A DNA stretch of 64,000 nucleotides. Source: Salisapilia sapeloensis CBS 127946 (Eukaryota > Protista > Oomycota). Made by a program: the position numbers and the translations under genes. Positions within the stretch are counted from its first letter, which is position 1. Each line of letters opens with the position of its first letter. The notes below the pieces were generated by a model. That model worked only from the letters and a program-made list of their open reading frames with translations, made no database searches and was not told where the DNA came from. Below are positions 33,587 to 44,937 of this stretch, in pieces. The stretch spans positions 1-64,000 of the forward strand of contig JAADVB010000076.1 in NCBI GenBank assembly GCA_023334545.1, written 5' to 3'.

Positions 33587-34609
33587 ATGCCGGAGTTTGG
33601 ATACGCGCACACCAATGCTTCCAATAGCAACGCTGTTGGGCGGCCAGAGCTACCCAGGCTGCACGTCCCGCCCATCTCGGTCGCGCCCGCCTCCGGAGCC
33701 GTCGTCAAGACCGTGAATGGTCGCACGGAACCGCCGGCTCGGGGCTCCTGGGTTTCCTCCTGGAGCAACTGGTGGCCCGGAAGCAGCTCTAATGAACCTG
33801 CGCCGGCCAAGAAGCTCCCAAGCCTTTCCGAGGTCCTCTCCCGGACCACGCAGCTGCAGATCAACCAGCCGCGGTCACAGCCGACGGCCGAGGTACCTCC
33901 GATCTCCCACCGCCAGCAAAATGTCTTCATCCCGTCGTCGGATCCGCAGTACTATTACTACCAATCCCAGTATCCTTCCGATGTCCACATGACCGGTCCG
34001 TCCATCGCGCCGGCGCCATCCACCTCTGCTACTTACGACGCACCGCCGTCGCCCGCCGGATCCGCCGCTTCGTCCAACATGAGCGCAGATGCGAATGCAC
34101 CTGCCAAGCGACGGGAGAGGTGGACCGAAGATGAGCATGCTAGATTCATGGAAGGCTTGAACAAGTACGGGCGCAAGTGGAAGAAGATTCAAACGATCGT
34201 CAAGACCAAGACGGCCGTACAAGTTAGGACACACGCATACGGCTACTTTGCCAAGCTACTGAGGAACATGCCGGACGATGAAGCTATGTGGGAACTCGCA
34301 GAGGAAACGAGTTCTCTTCCAGGATCCATCCTCAAGGGATCTGGCAGCTCCAAACGCCGGAGCGAGCCCAAGACGGATGAAAAGGGTATGGAAGTCCTAC
34401 GACGCTTTGTCTTTACCAAGAGCCGCAAAGACGGCGGCAAGGAAAAGGAGGTCGAGGCAGCACCCTCGGCCTCGAAAGGATCTATTCAATCTTTATTACT
34501 AGCGGACGAGTCAACTAGTAGCGACCCGCCCGTGGCCACGACGCGCAAGTGGACGGCCATGTCGTCGAGTCCTTCGTCGACGGACGCGAAGCGACAGCGC
34601 GTGCACTAG
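33587..34609 (+). CDS. Single-repeat Myb transcription factor (SHAQKYF-class variant)
   Basis: RERWTEDEHARFMEGLNKYGRKWKKIQTIVKTKTAVQVRTHAYGYF, flanked by P/S-rich disordered regions. Confidence 0.9.
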   Translation: MPEFGYAHTNASNSNAVGRPELPRLHVPPISVAPASGAVVKTVNGRTEPPARGSWVSSWSNWWPGSSSNEPAPAKKLPSLSEVLSRTTQLQINQPRSQPTAEVPPISHRQQNVFIPSSDPQYYYYQSQYPSDVHMTGPSIAPAPSTSATYDAPPSPAGSAASSNMSADANAPAKRRERWTEDEHARFMEGLNKYGRKWKKIQTIVKTKTAVQVRTHAYGYFAKLLRNMPDDEAMWELAEETSSLPGSILKGSGSSKRRSEPKTDEKGMEVLRRFVFTKSRKDGGKEKEVEAAPSASKGSIQSLLLADESTSSDPPVATTRKWTAMSSSPSSTDAKRQRVH

Positions 34610-34952
34610 TAGTAGGCTGTCGATTGTTCTAGGAAATTTTACATTTTGCGTTGGAGAATTACAATAATAGCCTTTGCGTCATCCAGGAGCGTACACGTCC
34701 TCAGTTATAATATTCACATGCACCCTCGATCCTATGTACACCACTTGTCGCGTCGCAGATCCGGTGCGTTGCATGTGAAAAATGTCGGGTACGAAACAGA
34801 TTCGGCTCGACAGGTGTCCGGCTCTTTATTGAAGTTGCCATCGTTACGCCGCGCATCTGATGCCGGCCCTTGCCCTCTCACCTGTCAGGAGGAGCGCATG
34901 TGACGAAGCACCAAAGAAAAGAAAAGGAAAAAGGAAAGATAAAGGCAATTGC

Positions 34953-36779
34953 TTACGCCGTCTGCTTGATCGTCGTCGCGAGGTGCACGAACTGCGCCTG
35001 GCTGCCGTCCCACCGCCGACGCACGTCCTCCGTTGACTCCTGCACGGCCGTCGCGCCGCATTGCAGTAGAGCCTGCAGTGCCTCTGCTTTCTCTCGGTCG
35101 TGCAGCACCACGTTGAGTGTATCCAGATCCTGCTCCAGCATACTCAACTCGAGTGCTTCTGCTAGCACATCGGCCGGTGGTGTCGGAGGGTGGTATCGAA
35201 GCAAAAGCACAACTGTCTGGCTGAGCTTCGACAGTCCGTCGCTGACTTCTCGCCCGCAGCAACGAGGGGAGATCAAGTACTCTAGGACTCGCGGAAGCAG
35301 AGTGAAGCGCGCAGAAGGAGGCAGGAGAGGAAGCGCTCGACTAACGAGACGTCTGCCTTTCGAAACACTCAAGACACGATGGAGCTGCGGGACGTCGCAT
35401 TGCATGTGCTTGGTCTCGCCAGTCTCCGACGCCGACACGCCCAAGAGAGCAGACAACTCCATTAACAGCGTCGTGGTGCGATGTCGGAGCTCCTTGAGCG
35501 CCGTGTCCATGTGCTCTTCGTCCATCGCGTGGAACTGCTGAACGTTCACGCCACGTGCATCGAGCAAATGCCGCGCCTCTTGCAGCGACAAGAGTCTCTG
35601 GAGACCTCTATCCACCTGTAGACGCAGTCGCCACGAGTCGTTCGCAAAGACCGAGTTCACCTCTGCGCTCGAGTCCATCCGCAGGACGGACGCTACGTCC
35701 TGCGCATCGTTCGACTCCTCCGATTCCGTCGGATTCGACAGCAAGAGCGCCTGCTTCGGACGATACAGACTGCTCCTCGTGTTGCGTCCGAGGACTTGGA
35801 ATTGACTCTCCCACTCTCTCGCCTTCTGGTCTCGCTGCTTGTCCGTCTTGTCAAACGACCGCACGTGCTCTAGTTTCCACGACGGAAGTGGGAGACCTCG
35901 ACCGATGGCAGCGTCCGTGCGCATCTGCTTTTGCGTAAAGTTGTGGAAGTAGTAGTCGTCGCTGAACGGGTCACTCGTACGCAATTGCTTCACGCGTTGC
36001 TGCATCACGAAGTTGATGTCTCGCTCCGTCATCATTTTGAAGCGGCGAGGCGGCGGCATATGCGGAGGGTACGGAGGGCCTCGACCGCCGGGGCCCCTGC
36101 CGCCCGGAGGAGGACCTCGACCACCAGGAGGACCTCGCATCATGGGCATGGGCATCGGAGGACGGACATTCGGTGGAGGAGGCTGCATTGGCGGCGGGGG
36201 AGGAGTGGCCGACGGAGGGGGTGGTGGTGGAGGTGGTGGACTGGCGGAAGGTGGAGGCGGACGAGGACTGGAAGGCACAGGAGGACTTGGACTGGACGCC
36301 GGAGGAGCTGGTTGCGTCGGCTCGTCGTCATCCAGATTTAGACCACGGAGGCCAGGCACCTGGGACTCATCCACAGCCTCGTTGTCGTCGTCATTAGTCT
36401 GCTTGTTGAAGCGAGACTCGAGGCGAGACTCTTGTCGAGGTCCACGCGACCAGGCCAGGTCGCTCTCCGATGGCGCGAGACCGGGAGGAGCGCTCTGGAA
36501 ACCTGGTGGCGCAGGCTTCGAAGGTTCGTTCGATGGCTGCGGAGTCTTGAAGCTGCCCATGAAGGCCGAGGTGAATGCATCATTGAAGAAGAGGGAAGAT
36601 CCGGTCGTGTCGGCACTGGTGTCAGCATCGGATGGACCTAAGAGGTCGTGGGCGCGGAGGTCGGCCAGCAACGACTCGTACTTGTGGTCATCTCCTGCGC
36701 CGGACGAGAATTCCGAGAAGAAGGACGGGAGTGAGTCAAAGGAGAAATTTGCGTCGTCCTCTTCTTGCTTGTGCTCCAT
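34953..36779 (-). CDS. PAT1: mRNA decapping activator / P-body protein PAT1
   Basis: N-terminal acidic Phe motif (FSFDSLPSFF), polyproline region, MMTERDINFVMQQRVKQL..SDPFSDDYYF mid-domain, helical C-terminus with KGRRLVSRAL. Confidence 0.85.
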   Translation of the reverse strand: MEHKQEEDDANFSFDSLPSFFSEFSSGAGDDHKYESLLADLRAHDLLGPSDADTSADTTGSSLFFNDAFTSAFMGSFKTPQPSNEPSKPAPPGFQSAPPGLAPSESDLAWSRGPRQESRLESRFNKQTNDDDNEAVDESQVPGLRGLNLDDDEPTQPAPPASSPSPPVPSSPRPPPPSASPPPPPPPPPSATPPPPPMQPPPPNVRPPMPMPMMRGPPGGRGPPPGGRGPGGRGPPYPPHMPPPRRFKMMTERDINFVMQQRVKQLRTSDPFSDDYYFHNFTQKQMRTDAAIGRGLPLPSWKLEHVRSFDKTDKQRDQKAREWESQFQVLGRNTRSSLYRPKQALLLSNPTESEESNDAQDVASVLRMDSSAEVNSVFANDSWRLRLQVDRGLQRLLSLQEARHLLDARGVNVQQFHAMDEEHMDTALKELRHRTTTLLMELSALLGVSASETGETKHMQCDVPQLHRVLSVSKGRRLVSRALPLLPPSARFTLLPRVLEYLISPRCCGREVSDGLSKLSQTVVLLLRYHPPTPPADVLAEALELSMLEQDLDTLNVVLHDREKAEALQALLQCGATAVQESTEDVRRRWDGSQAQFVHLATTIKQTA

Positions 36780-38266
36780 GACTGGAGAACGAGGGCTGTA
36801 TCAAGAGATAGAGCAAACGGACAAGTCTGGTAGGGATACGTTCCTCTAGAAGAATCAAGCAGGAATGCAAGGGTTTGTTTCTAGCCGGAAAGGAACAAGA
36901 CAGGGAGCAAAATCGACAGTGGAAGGTAGCTCGGAAGATGCCACCCGCTCGTTCAGCTCTTTGTTGTCTGCCGGTGGATATTGATGCGCATTTAACACAT
37001 CGTACTTTATTGGAGAAACGAAAAGAATATCGACGTCTCTTTCGAGTCTACACGACGCGGATACCTAGTGTCTATAGACTCTTTACCGCTTGTAATTGCA
37101 TGCGAGTAGAACGTGATACGAAGACCAAACCTTTCTTTTGATGGTCTTTAGTGATTATGCATCGCGGCAAGATCGATGCCACCTATGGTTTGAAGTTCAT
37201 GTTGAAGAGATGCAAACAAATCCTGAAATTTCCATAGCGTTGCAAATTGGATGAGAGATAGATGTGTGATAGTACTTCATCCTACATTAACAAGGCCTGT
37301 TTTCCAAATCTCTTCAGCCGCCTTTATCATTATCAGCGCCTAACTCTTCAACCCAGCTACATTTAAAGGTAAAGTCAATCTCTACACAGGCTACCAAAGT
37401 TACTTCAAGCTCGACGAAAGTTTAATCAATAGATAGTTGCTTACCTCAATGCACCAAAGTAAAATGGAGAATGAACCATATACTTGCAATACTACCTGCT
37501 GTGATTCGATGCCATCGAGTTCTCAAAACATAACCAAGCAAATGCGTCGCCAAGAAATTAGCTTGACTTTGAGCTTATACTGGAAAACAACAGGGTTACT
37601 GCTTTCATGCGTGCGTACAGTGAAATCCCAATAGAAGGTCGAAGCCTTTTTCTACAATCGGTGCTAGCGGCATAAAACGACGAACGAAACCAGCCCCTTG
37701 TTTTCGACCGGAGCTCATGCTTCAGTCATTTCAATCTGAAGCAAACAATTTTCCGATGTCTTTGTGACTCCCAAACGTTACGAGGGTATAATTTCAGTCA
37801 AGACGCAATCTCACTCAGAATCTGGATGGACCAAGACGCAAGTTTTTAAATGTATCAGATTTATAAGTGTAATCCTAGATCAAGTAAATGACATATAATT
37901 ATATTCATAAATATAAGTAGTTTATTATAGTTATTTTTCACAACTACTTAAGCTAACTTCTCTCAATGCCCCCTTCATTTCTGCATCCACTCGTAGCCAT
38001 GAATATTTGCTTGCGAACTGTGAGATATTCCAGATACTAGGACTTAAACACCTTTAAGTGAATGCAAGCTGTAGAGTGCTTCAGATGACTTGTCAACTCC
38101 TAACCCACCTGCAGGGCATTTAACATTTATAGGCATACACGCAAATTTTCGCAGCAAACGTGAAGACGTAGTAAAGTAGCTTGCTCATTCGCACAAGCCG
38201 TAAGGTCAAGTATGATGCAAGTCTCATTGCAAGCAACAACCAATGAAACCTTTGATTCGTTTTCAA

Positions 38267-40247
38267 TTAAGTTTCCAACACGCTGCCATCTTTCATCATC
38301 TTGCGCAACATGAAGACGATCTGCACTGCGGTCGGTCTCTCCTTCGGTTCGAAATTCAGGCACTTGTCTACGAGCTCTCGCATGGCCTCCGGACAATTCT
38401 CGGAGACATTTGGCTTGATCGAGCGACAGGCTACGCGATGCATGAGTGCAAAGTCCGAAAGATTGGTGCCTTCTTGGTCTTTGACATCGTGTAGTGGTAG
38501 CTCATGCGTGTCCAGCTCGGTCAGGATGGCACCGAACGAGTATAAATCACAAGTGTGATCGTACGACTCACTAGTTACCAGTTCTGGTGCAAGCCACTAC
38601 GTCATGAAGTATTAGATTCGTTAGTAAGGAAATGGAGAAACTAGTATGAGATAGCTGTATTTACCCGAGCAGTTCCGATGTCTTGAGTAACCATGGCGTT
38701 ATTCTCCGACATGAGACGAGCGCCACCAAAGTCACTCACTTTCGCAACCATGTCCTCCGATAGCAAAACATTTCGAGACTGAAGGTCGCCATGGACGACA
38801 GAAGATTCAAAAGACTGAACGTACACTAGCGCTTCAGCAATGTCGATCGCGATGCTAAGCTTCTCTTTAGTCCAATGGCGAGGTACCATAGATCGCTTCA
38901 AGTAATTCCGCAGGTTTCCTTTCGACATGTATTCAAAGAGCGCCTGGAAATCGACCTTCATTGTCCACGCGACACCGATGCACTTGATAATGTTCCTATG
39001 ATCAAGTGTTGCCACCAGCCTGACTTCATCAACCAACTTTTCGAACGCCGTGGGGTCAACGACGTGCTGTGCCAACCTTTTGGAAGCGTAGTAAGCATTG
39101 TTGTATGTAACTAGCCAAACAACTCCAAAAGTTCCGGAGCCAAGCACCTTCACGTCCTGGATACCCGTGAAATCCAGCCTTTTCCCAACAAGCTCTTTGT
39201 CACTCCACAGATCATAGACATGATCGCTAGTCAATGGGTCTCTCATGCTGGCAAAGGACATTGATTGAGTAAACGATTCGGTTATTGTCATGGATGCATC
39301 TCGAGTGTAGTCTCCTTCCTTCACAAGCTTTTTTGTTATCAATGCCGACTTGTACCGACGTACGTACCAGGATCCAGCTAAAGCTAGAACGACAAGCGCC
39401 ACGACAATTGGAATGACGATACCGAGTATGCTCGGTCCACCGTCTTCATCAGCACCATCTCGAACATTGCCAACAATTGAGCCTTGGTAGTTTAATGCCG
39501 AGTCCGATGGAATGGGATCGACGTTTTTGCTCTCATAATACTCGTCCGAGCCACTATAAAATTTATCATCCGACTCGCTGTCAGAATCGTCATACGAGTC
39601 ACTGCCAGCATCCTCTTCTGAGTCGCTATCGACAATATCATCTGAATCACTGTCAGAGTCCTCTTCCGAGTCACTATCAGAATCATCGTATGAATCACTG
39701 TCAGAATCCTCTCCCAAGTCTCTATGTAGATCTCTTGACCAGCTTGGTGGAAGAAAAGCACTCTGTAACAACCTCACACGGACATCATGCGGATCATTGT
39801 AGTCCAGGAAAATCTCGCTCCATTCGTCCTCTACATACCAAAGCAATGGAAGTTGTCAGTTATAATGCAAACAGCAGGTAGAAGTGGATCAATACCTGGC
39901 AGGCTCAAGAGACCACTACGCACTCCACTCTCGTAAAATTCGCTGCATAAGTGATGATAGGCATTCTGGAGCTTCTTCAGATTTAAGTATCCAAACCGCT
40001 GCGAATCAAATTCGCAGTCTGGAAGCTCTTTATTCAAATCCTGGTACGTTTCAAAGCACAAATTAGAGCAGCTGTAGTCCAGGGTAAGATAATTCACGCA
40101 GTTCATGCCATCTGGCTGTACTTCGTCCCATTCTTTGATAAGGTCATTCGATTGCAACGTGTCATCTCCAGTACAAGGTGCGCTTTGCACATTTGACAAA
40201 AGAAATGCGCTTAATAGCACGATGAGGAGAAAAGTCGGTCGAATCAT
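38267..40247 (-). CDS. Receptor-like TKL protein kinase: signal peptide, elicitin-like 6-Cys domain, Ser-Asp repeat stalk, TM, kinase (introns 39831..39895 and 38597..38664)
   Basis: Signal peptide MIRPTFLLIVLLSAFLLSNVQS; C..C..CxxxC..PDC..C; TM GIVIPIVVALVVLALAGSWYV; GSGTFG, ASKRL, HGDLQSRN, DFG, GTAR|WLAPE, DLYSFG, ERPTA. Both introns restore the frame. Confidence 0.9.
39535..39718 (-). repeat. Degenerate 24-nt (8-aa, xxDSDSDS) tandem repeat in the kinase ectodomain stalk
   Basis: GEDSDSDS YDDSDSDS EEDSDSDS DDIVDSDS EEDAGSDS YDDSDSES DDKFYSGS; DNA units resemble tcactgtcagaatcctctcccaag / tcactatcagaatcatcgtatgaa. Confidence 0.85.
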
Positions 40248-41081
40248 GGCAGGCAAAGGTTTAATTTGCATACGAGTCTCGTCGTGGTGAACTTTCATGG
40301 TTTGAGTACAATCACCCCAGGGAAGCGAATATTCTAATTTCACAATCTTAACTTGGTAACTTCGTTATCGCAAGGAAGAGAAATCCTAGATATCGAGGAT
40401 ATCCGCGGAAAAGGTAGCTTTGCCAGTCAGTGGAAATTAAAAAAATGATTTGGTTCGTTTCATCTTTCCGGACGATCTTCTATCCGTTGACTGCGTGCGA
40501 CACAATGGGCTTCACGACAAATCTTTATCTACTATAAGCTCGACCGGATGTGACTTTGATGCCTCCAAGTCGAAATCGAAAGATACGTCTTCTATGTATT
40601 ATTAATTGAAGCGATGATGCTTATAAGAACAGTATGGAAATCTAGGACGGGAAAATATAGACATAGAAAGGTTATAAGAGATGAGCACGTATGACTCTGC
40701 GCCCTTGTACTCTATGAACTTGACTTTCGGATGAAACATTTAGATCAGCGACGCAAATACTAAAGCATGTATCGCTACATTATGCGCCAAGAAAGAGTCA
40801 TCGACAGAATATATGCACTTCAGCAAAGTTCTGACATGGTGTGGGTACGAAGACAACTTCAAAAACAGCGAAAGCGCATTATGGAAATGATAGAATAGAT
40901 TCGTAGGAGATAGACGATAAAGTACAGGCAAGACAATTTTCTGCGAGCACAAGAGATCCCTTCTCTAAAAACTTAAAGCACTAAATTCTAATTTTAATTT
41001 CATAGTTCCGATCTAGGAATAGATGTCGTTTGAATAAGCTGATGTCTGGGCATCACTAGGCGCCAAGGGAGTTATACTTTG

Positions 41082-42928
41082 CTACTTGGTCGCAGATTTC
41101 TCCTCCTCCAAGGCACTTTGAGCACCAGCAGCGATGCGTTTTTCCGTCATCTTGACCCAAGCTTGCTGACGCCTGCTGTCGTCCAGAATTACCTTGCGAT
41201 CCGCGTCGGCAATGTCCAAGTGACCCGATTCTGCAATCAGCTTGTCCCACTCACCATCGTCATTGAAGTCCATGCTGTCCGAGCGACCATTAAAACTCTG
41301 GCCGCTCACCGACGAGCCAGGCGTGGCGAGGTTTACGAAGCTACCCAGTGGCGTCGACGCCACCGAGCTCAGCGACATCCTGGGCAGGTCGATAAATTCT
41401 CCTTCGCACAAGCTACGATCGGGTATACTATCCGAGTCCTCATTGGTTGGCCGAATATGCGTTGGGTAGACGAGTGTTGTTCCTTCACGGTTCTCATACC
41501 TGCCCGCCATCACCTCTTGCCTCGCCACCCGAAACGTGCTTTCCTGGGTAACACGGGTCATGCACCGACGACACATCTTGATCTGCTTTCGCACAAGTCT
41601 TAGCCGAGGCACAACGTCAAAGCTCCGGCGGCTGATACCGCAGTTCGAGCACAGGGCGACACGGCACAAGTGGCACGAGTAGCGCTTTCGAAGAGGATTA
41701 AATCGCCTATTACATCCGGTGCACATGGTTGCGCGACGAACGTCCTCTAACACGATCGAGTTGTTGAACTCGTACTCGCGCTGCGACTGCACTAACCACG
41801 AGATCTTCTTGTGATATGCGATTTCCAAAGCAGCGTGACTTGTCATGAGCCCATTCGCAGTCACTAGTCATTTCAAAAGTTATGGATCAGCGACAAGAAA
41901 AGTTGAAACGAAAAGATAATACCTTTAGCGCCGACCGAGTCCATCACGCGTCCAAAGAGCTCAAAATATCCCTTGATGTACACGTCCACCATGCCGCCTG
42001 AAGTCTCTCTGAAGATCATTGACTGTGAGAGTCGAGCCCGGACAATGCCAGAAACACCCAGCTGGGAAGGCGCATCCGGTAAGTCTAGGCTGTGGTACAA
42101 GTGGTACCCGATGCGCTCGTTCTCGCTCCTCTTAATAATGCCAGTGGCGACGATGATCGTAAGGTCTCGTGGCTTGACCATGCCACGAAGAGGAGCAGGT
42201 AGTATCATCTCGTTAACCGTCATCTGCAAGGTGAGGCTGCGGTACGGTTGATCCGGTGTGGGCTTTTCGATCGTCGCAAGAAGCTGCCCATCCACTGCGC
42301 GAACCGACGCAAAAGCCGAACACTGCATCAGCTGTGCCTCATCAGGAGCCATCGTTCCGTACATGACATCATCGAGCGTGCCTGGGACCTTTCCCGTGCC
42401 CACAAGCAATCGAGGCGCATGCCAATCGGTATCGCTACTGTCGCTACCTGAGGTGCTTTTCGAGCCGCGCGACCCGGCACTGTTGGAAACCTTGCCAGCC
42501 GCTGAATTCGTGCGCTCCGTGTAGATAGTGAGTGCATCTCGGGTGCAGACGGGTTTCCAATGCCTGCGGTCTAAGGCGCGTGGGATGGAACGGTCGAACT
42601 AATGTCAAAAGTAGAAGCGCATTAGCGCATCGGTATGTGAATTGAAGGAAAAGGTCAGTCAGTGATCCAAAAAGAGGCTTTTGTTTCCGATGCCTTGCTC
42701 AGATTCATGCATTGAACTATAACGTCGCGTCTGACAAGGTGGCCATGCATGTAACCAAGAGACAGCTTTTGGACAGGTGCATAAAAGAAGGATGTATCAA
42801 TGTACCTCATCATAGTCGACAAGTGTGTCCTGAACGAGTCCGAGCGCGATGCGTTTGACGTCGACCTTTTGCTCCTCCGTGAGTTCAATCGGGTCGAACG
42901 TGTTAGCCTTGTAGTGATCGACTGTCAT
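41082..42928 (-). CDS. Oomycete-type START-like plus FYVE-like zinc finger protein (intron 42599..42805 and a second intron at about 41.87-41.92 kb)
   Basis: IELTEEQK...LVQDTLVDYDE|F...HWKPV...IYTER, GKVPGTLDDVMYG, RIGYHLYHSLD, VDVYIKG; CTGC..RF...YSCHLC....CSNC...MCRRC. Confidence 0.88.
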
Positions 42929-44937
42929 CGCGTTTGCTTCGAGTAGAAGTTTGTGGACTGTACGGATTTGTTGCTTTCCAACCAAAGAAAACGAGCTTCC
43001 AATAGGCAGAGCTTCGTCGTTGTCAAATTGAGCTGGCTTGGCGTAGTGATGGGCGTCATACAGGACTATGGCATCTCTTGCTTTCCAGCTTTAAGAACTA
43101 GCCGAATACGCAGCAGTGCTTGAGTGGGTATGTGCAGGGTCATCCCAATGTACCCTCCATTGCTGATACCTTGTCTACTGAAGGTTATCATTCGATAAAA
43201 GTACCTGTACAGGCACAAAGGCTACTGTCGGTGCAAAGCGGCATGTTTCTGTACATGTTTATCAGTCGATCCACCACCTGTCTCATCAGCGGAGTAACCG
43301 GCAATTGCGCGTGCCTGACCAAACTTCCGACATGTTGCGTACAAATTAGAGAATAGCGAGGTCTTATTGATATATTACTCCACCAAGTTCATAGCGCGTA
43401 AGGGTCGAAGAGGGCGTACAAAAAGGTACTAGCGCCAGGTTACCGGTAGTTTGGATATTTCCGATTCGCATGAAATCAGAAAGTAGCTTAATTGCTCACA
43501 GCCCATGCAAGTTCACTGCTAGCAGGAGGATCGTCATCGCATTTCAAAGCGTATATTAGTGCATAGAACTCGTTGCTACAGATATGAAAGCCAGAATTTC
43601 GCACATTCATGGTGCCTTCCGTGATTTGGAGTGTACCGAATGTACCGTACGCGTATCATAAAGCGACTTAGGCATGTAAGAAGGATAAAGCCATCAAGAA
43701 CAGGACAGCAAGTGGGAGTGAAGTAGCGCATGTCAGCCTGCACAACGCAATGCTCCGTGTGTTTGTGCTGAAAATCTACAGACATAGCCTGCTATCACAG
43801 AAGGATGAGCAATTATATTCGCTTTCTAATTACAGCTTTTGCTACTACAACTGTTTGATGCTATGGGTGAAACATCAAAGGTACGCTCTATTTGGACAAC
43901 CATCGATGTGTCGAGCAGCTTTGCAACCAGCTTTTGGCCAAGCGGCGGAACTCTCCTCAGGACCATGTGATAATCCATCAACGTTCGAGTGTCGACACGA
44001 AAAGCAAGTTTGCCTTCGAAACACGCGTCAGAGCTGACAATGGATATTGATCTGTACTCTGCTTTATCGTTCACCTCGTGCGGATATAGTGCGCTTGATC
44101 TATGAGCTACATGCGCTATTCTTGAAGTTGTGTACGCATTCACACCGTGGCGATAGTTTTGCTTTCTGACTGAAGCTTTCCCGGATAGTCACACTTTGTC
44201 GACTACTCGTCATATCTAGGCATACCATCTCAAGCACACTCGAAAGATACGAAGTCTCATCTATTCATCGAAAATTCATACGGATCTAGTGCAGTACAGA
44301 AAATCTAGACGATCGAGCGTTTAAATACTGCCGAGTCGCACATGTCTGACAATGTCTCTCAAATACAAATCCATTTGTCCTATTCATCGAATGGCACGAT
44401 TGCTAGAAACTTGAGCCCTGCTAGAGATACCTCTTTTGTCGCCCGTCGGACTATTGAGTCGCGATGAGTTACTCCGAATGACTGGTAACCATACAAATGC
44501 AGAGAAAATATCATTACAACACTGATACGACGTATATCTTTGATGGATTCCTATCAGCATCCCTGCTGTCGAAAATTTGCGCCTTGACATGACTCCGAGA
44601 TTCGTCCATATCCATTGCTTTTCACACAGAGCTGTCATGAGGATGTGTGTCCTGTAGAGAAGACTCTGGAACATTTGTACGCACCTGACCTATAGTACAC
44701 CCCACTAGATACTATTTCGAATACCAAAACCTCCACTCGATTAATCTACCTTCGTTTGCTTAAAAAGATGAGACATTCGCACTTGCATGCACAAAGAGGG
44801 TTTCACCTTCACTTTTGATGCTGTAAAGGTACTTTCATACGGTCATCCAATCCGCTTAATCTATCCGTACCGCATCTGTACCAGTTTGCGAGTGGCTGTC
44901 GCGATCGGAAGAATCGCCCCGTCCGCCGTTGGTTGTC

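Noticed and set aside
34870-36849. Long plus-strand ORFs (223 aa; Gly-rich 278 aa) opposite PAT1
   Set aside because: Antisense shadows; the Gly runs mirror the PAT1 polyproline codons.
39535-39718. Periodic repeat considered as a CRISPR-like array
   Set aside because: The units are contiguous degenerate coding repeats without unique spacers, in a eukaryotic exon.
43100-44800. Short ORFs between START-FYVE and SLC25
   Set aside because: No recognisable motifs, terminal repeats or consistent frame.
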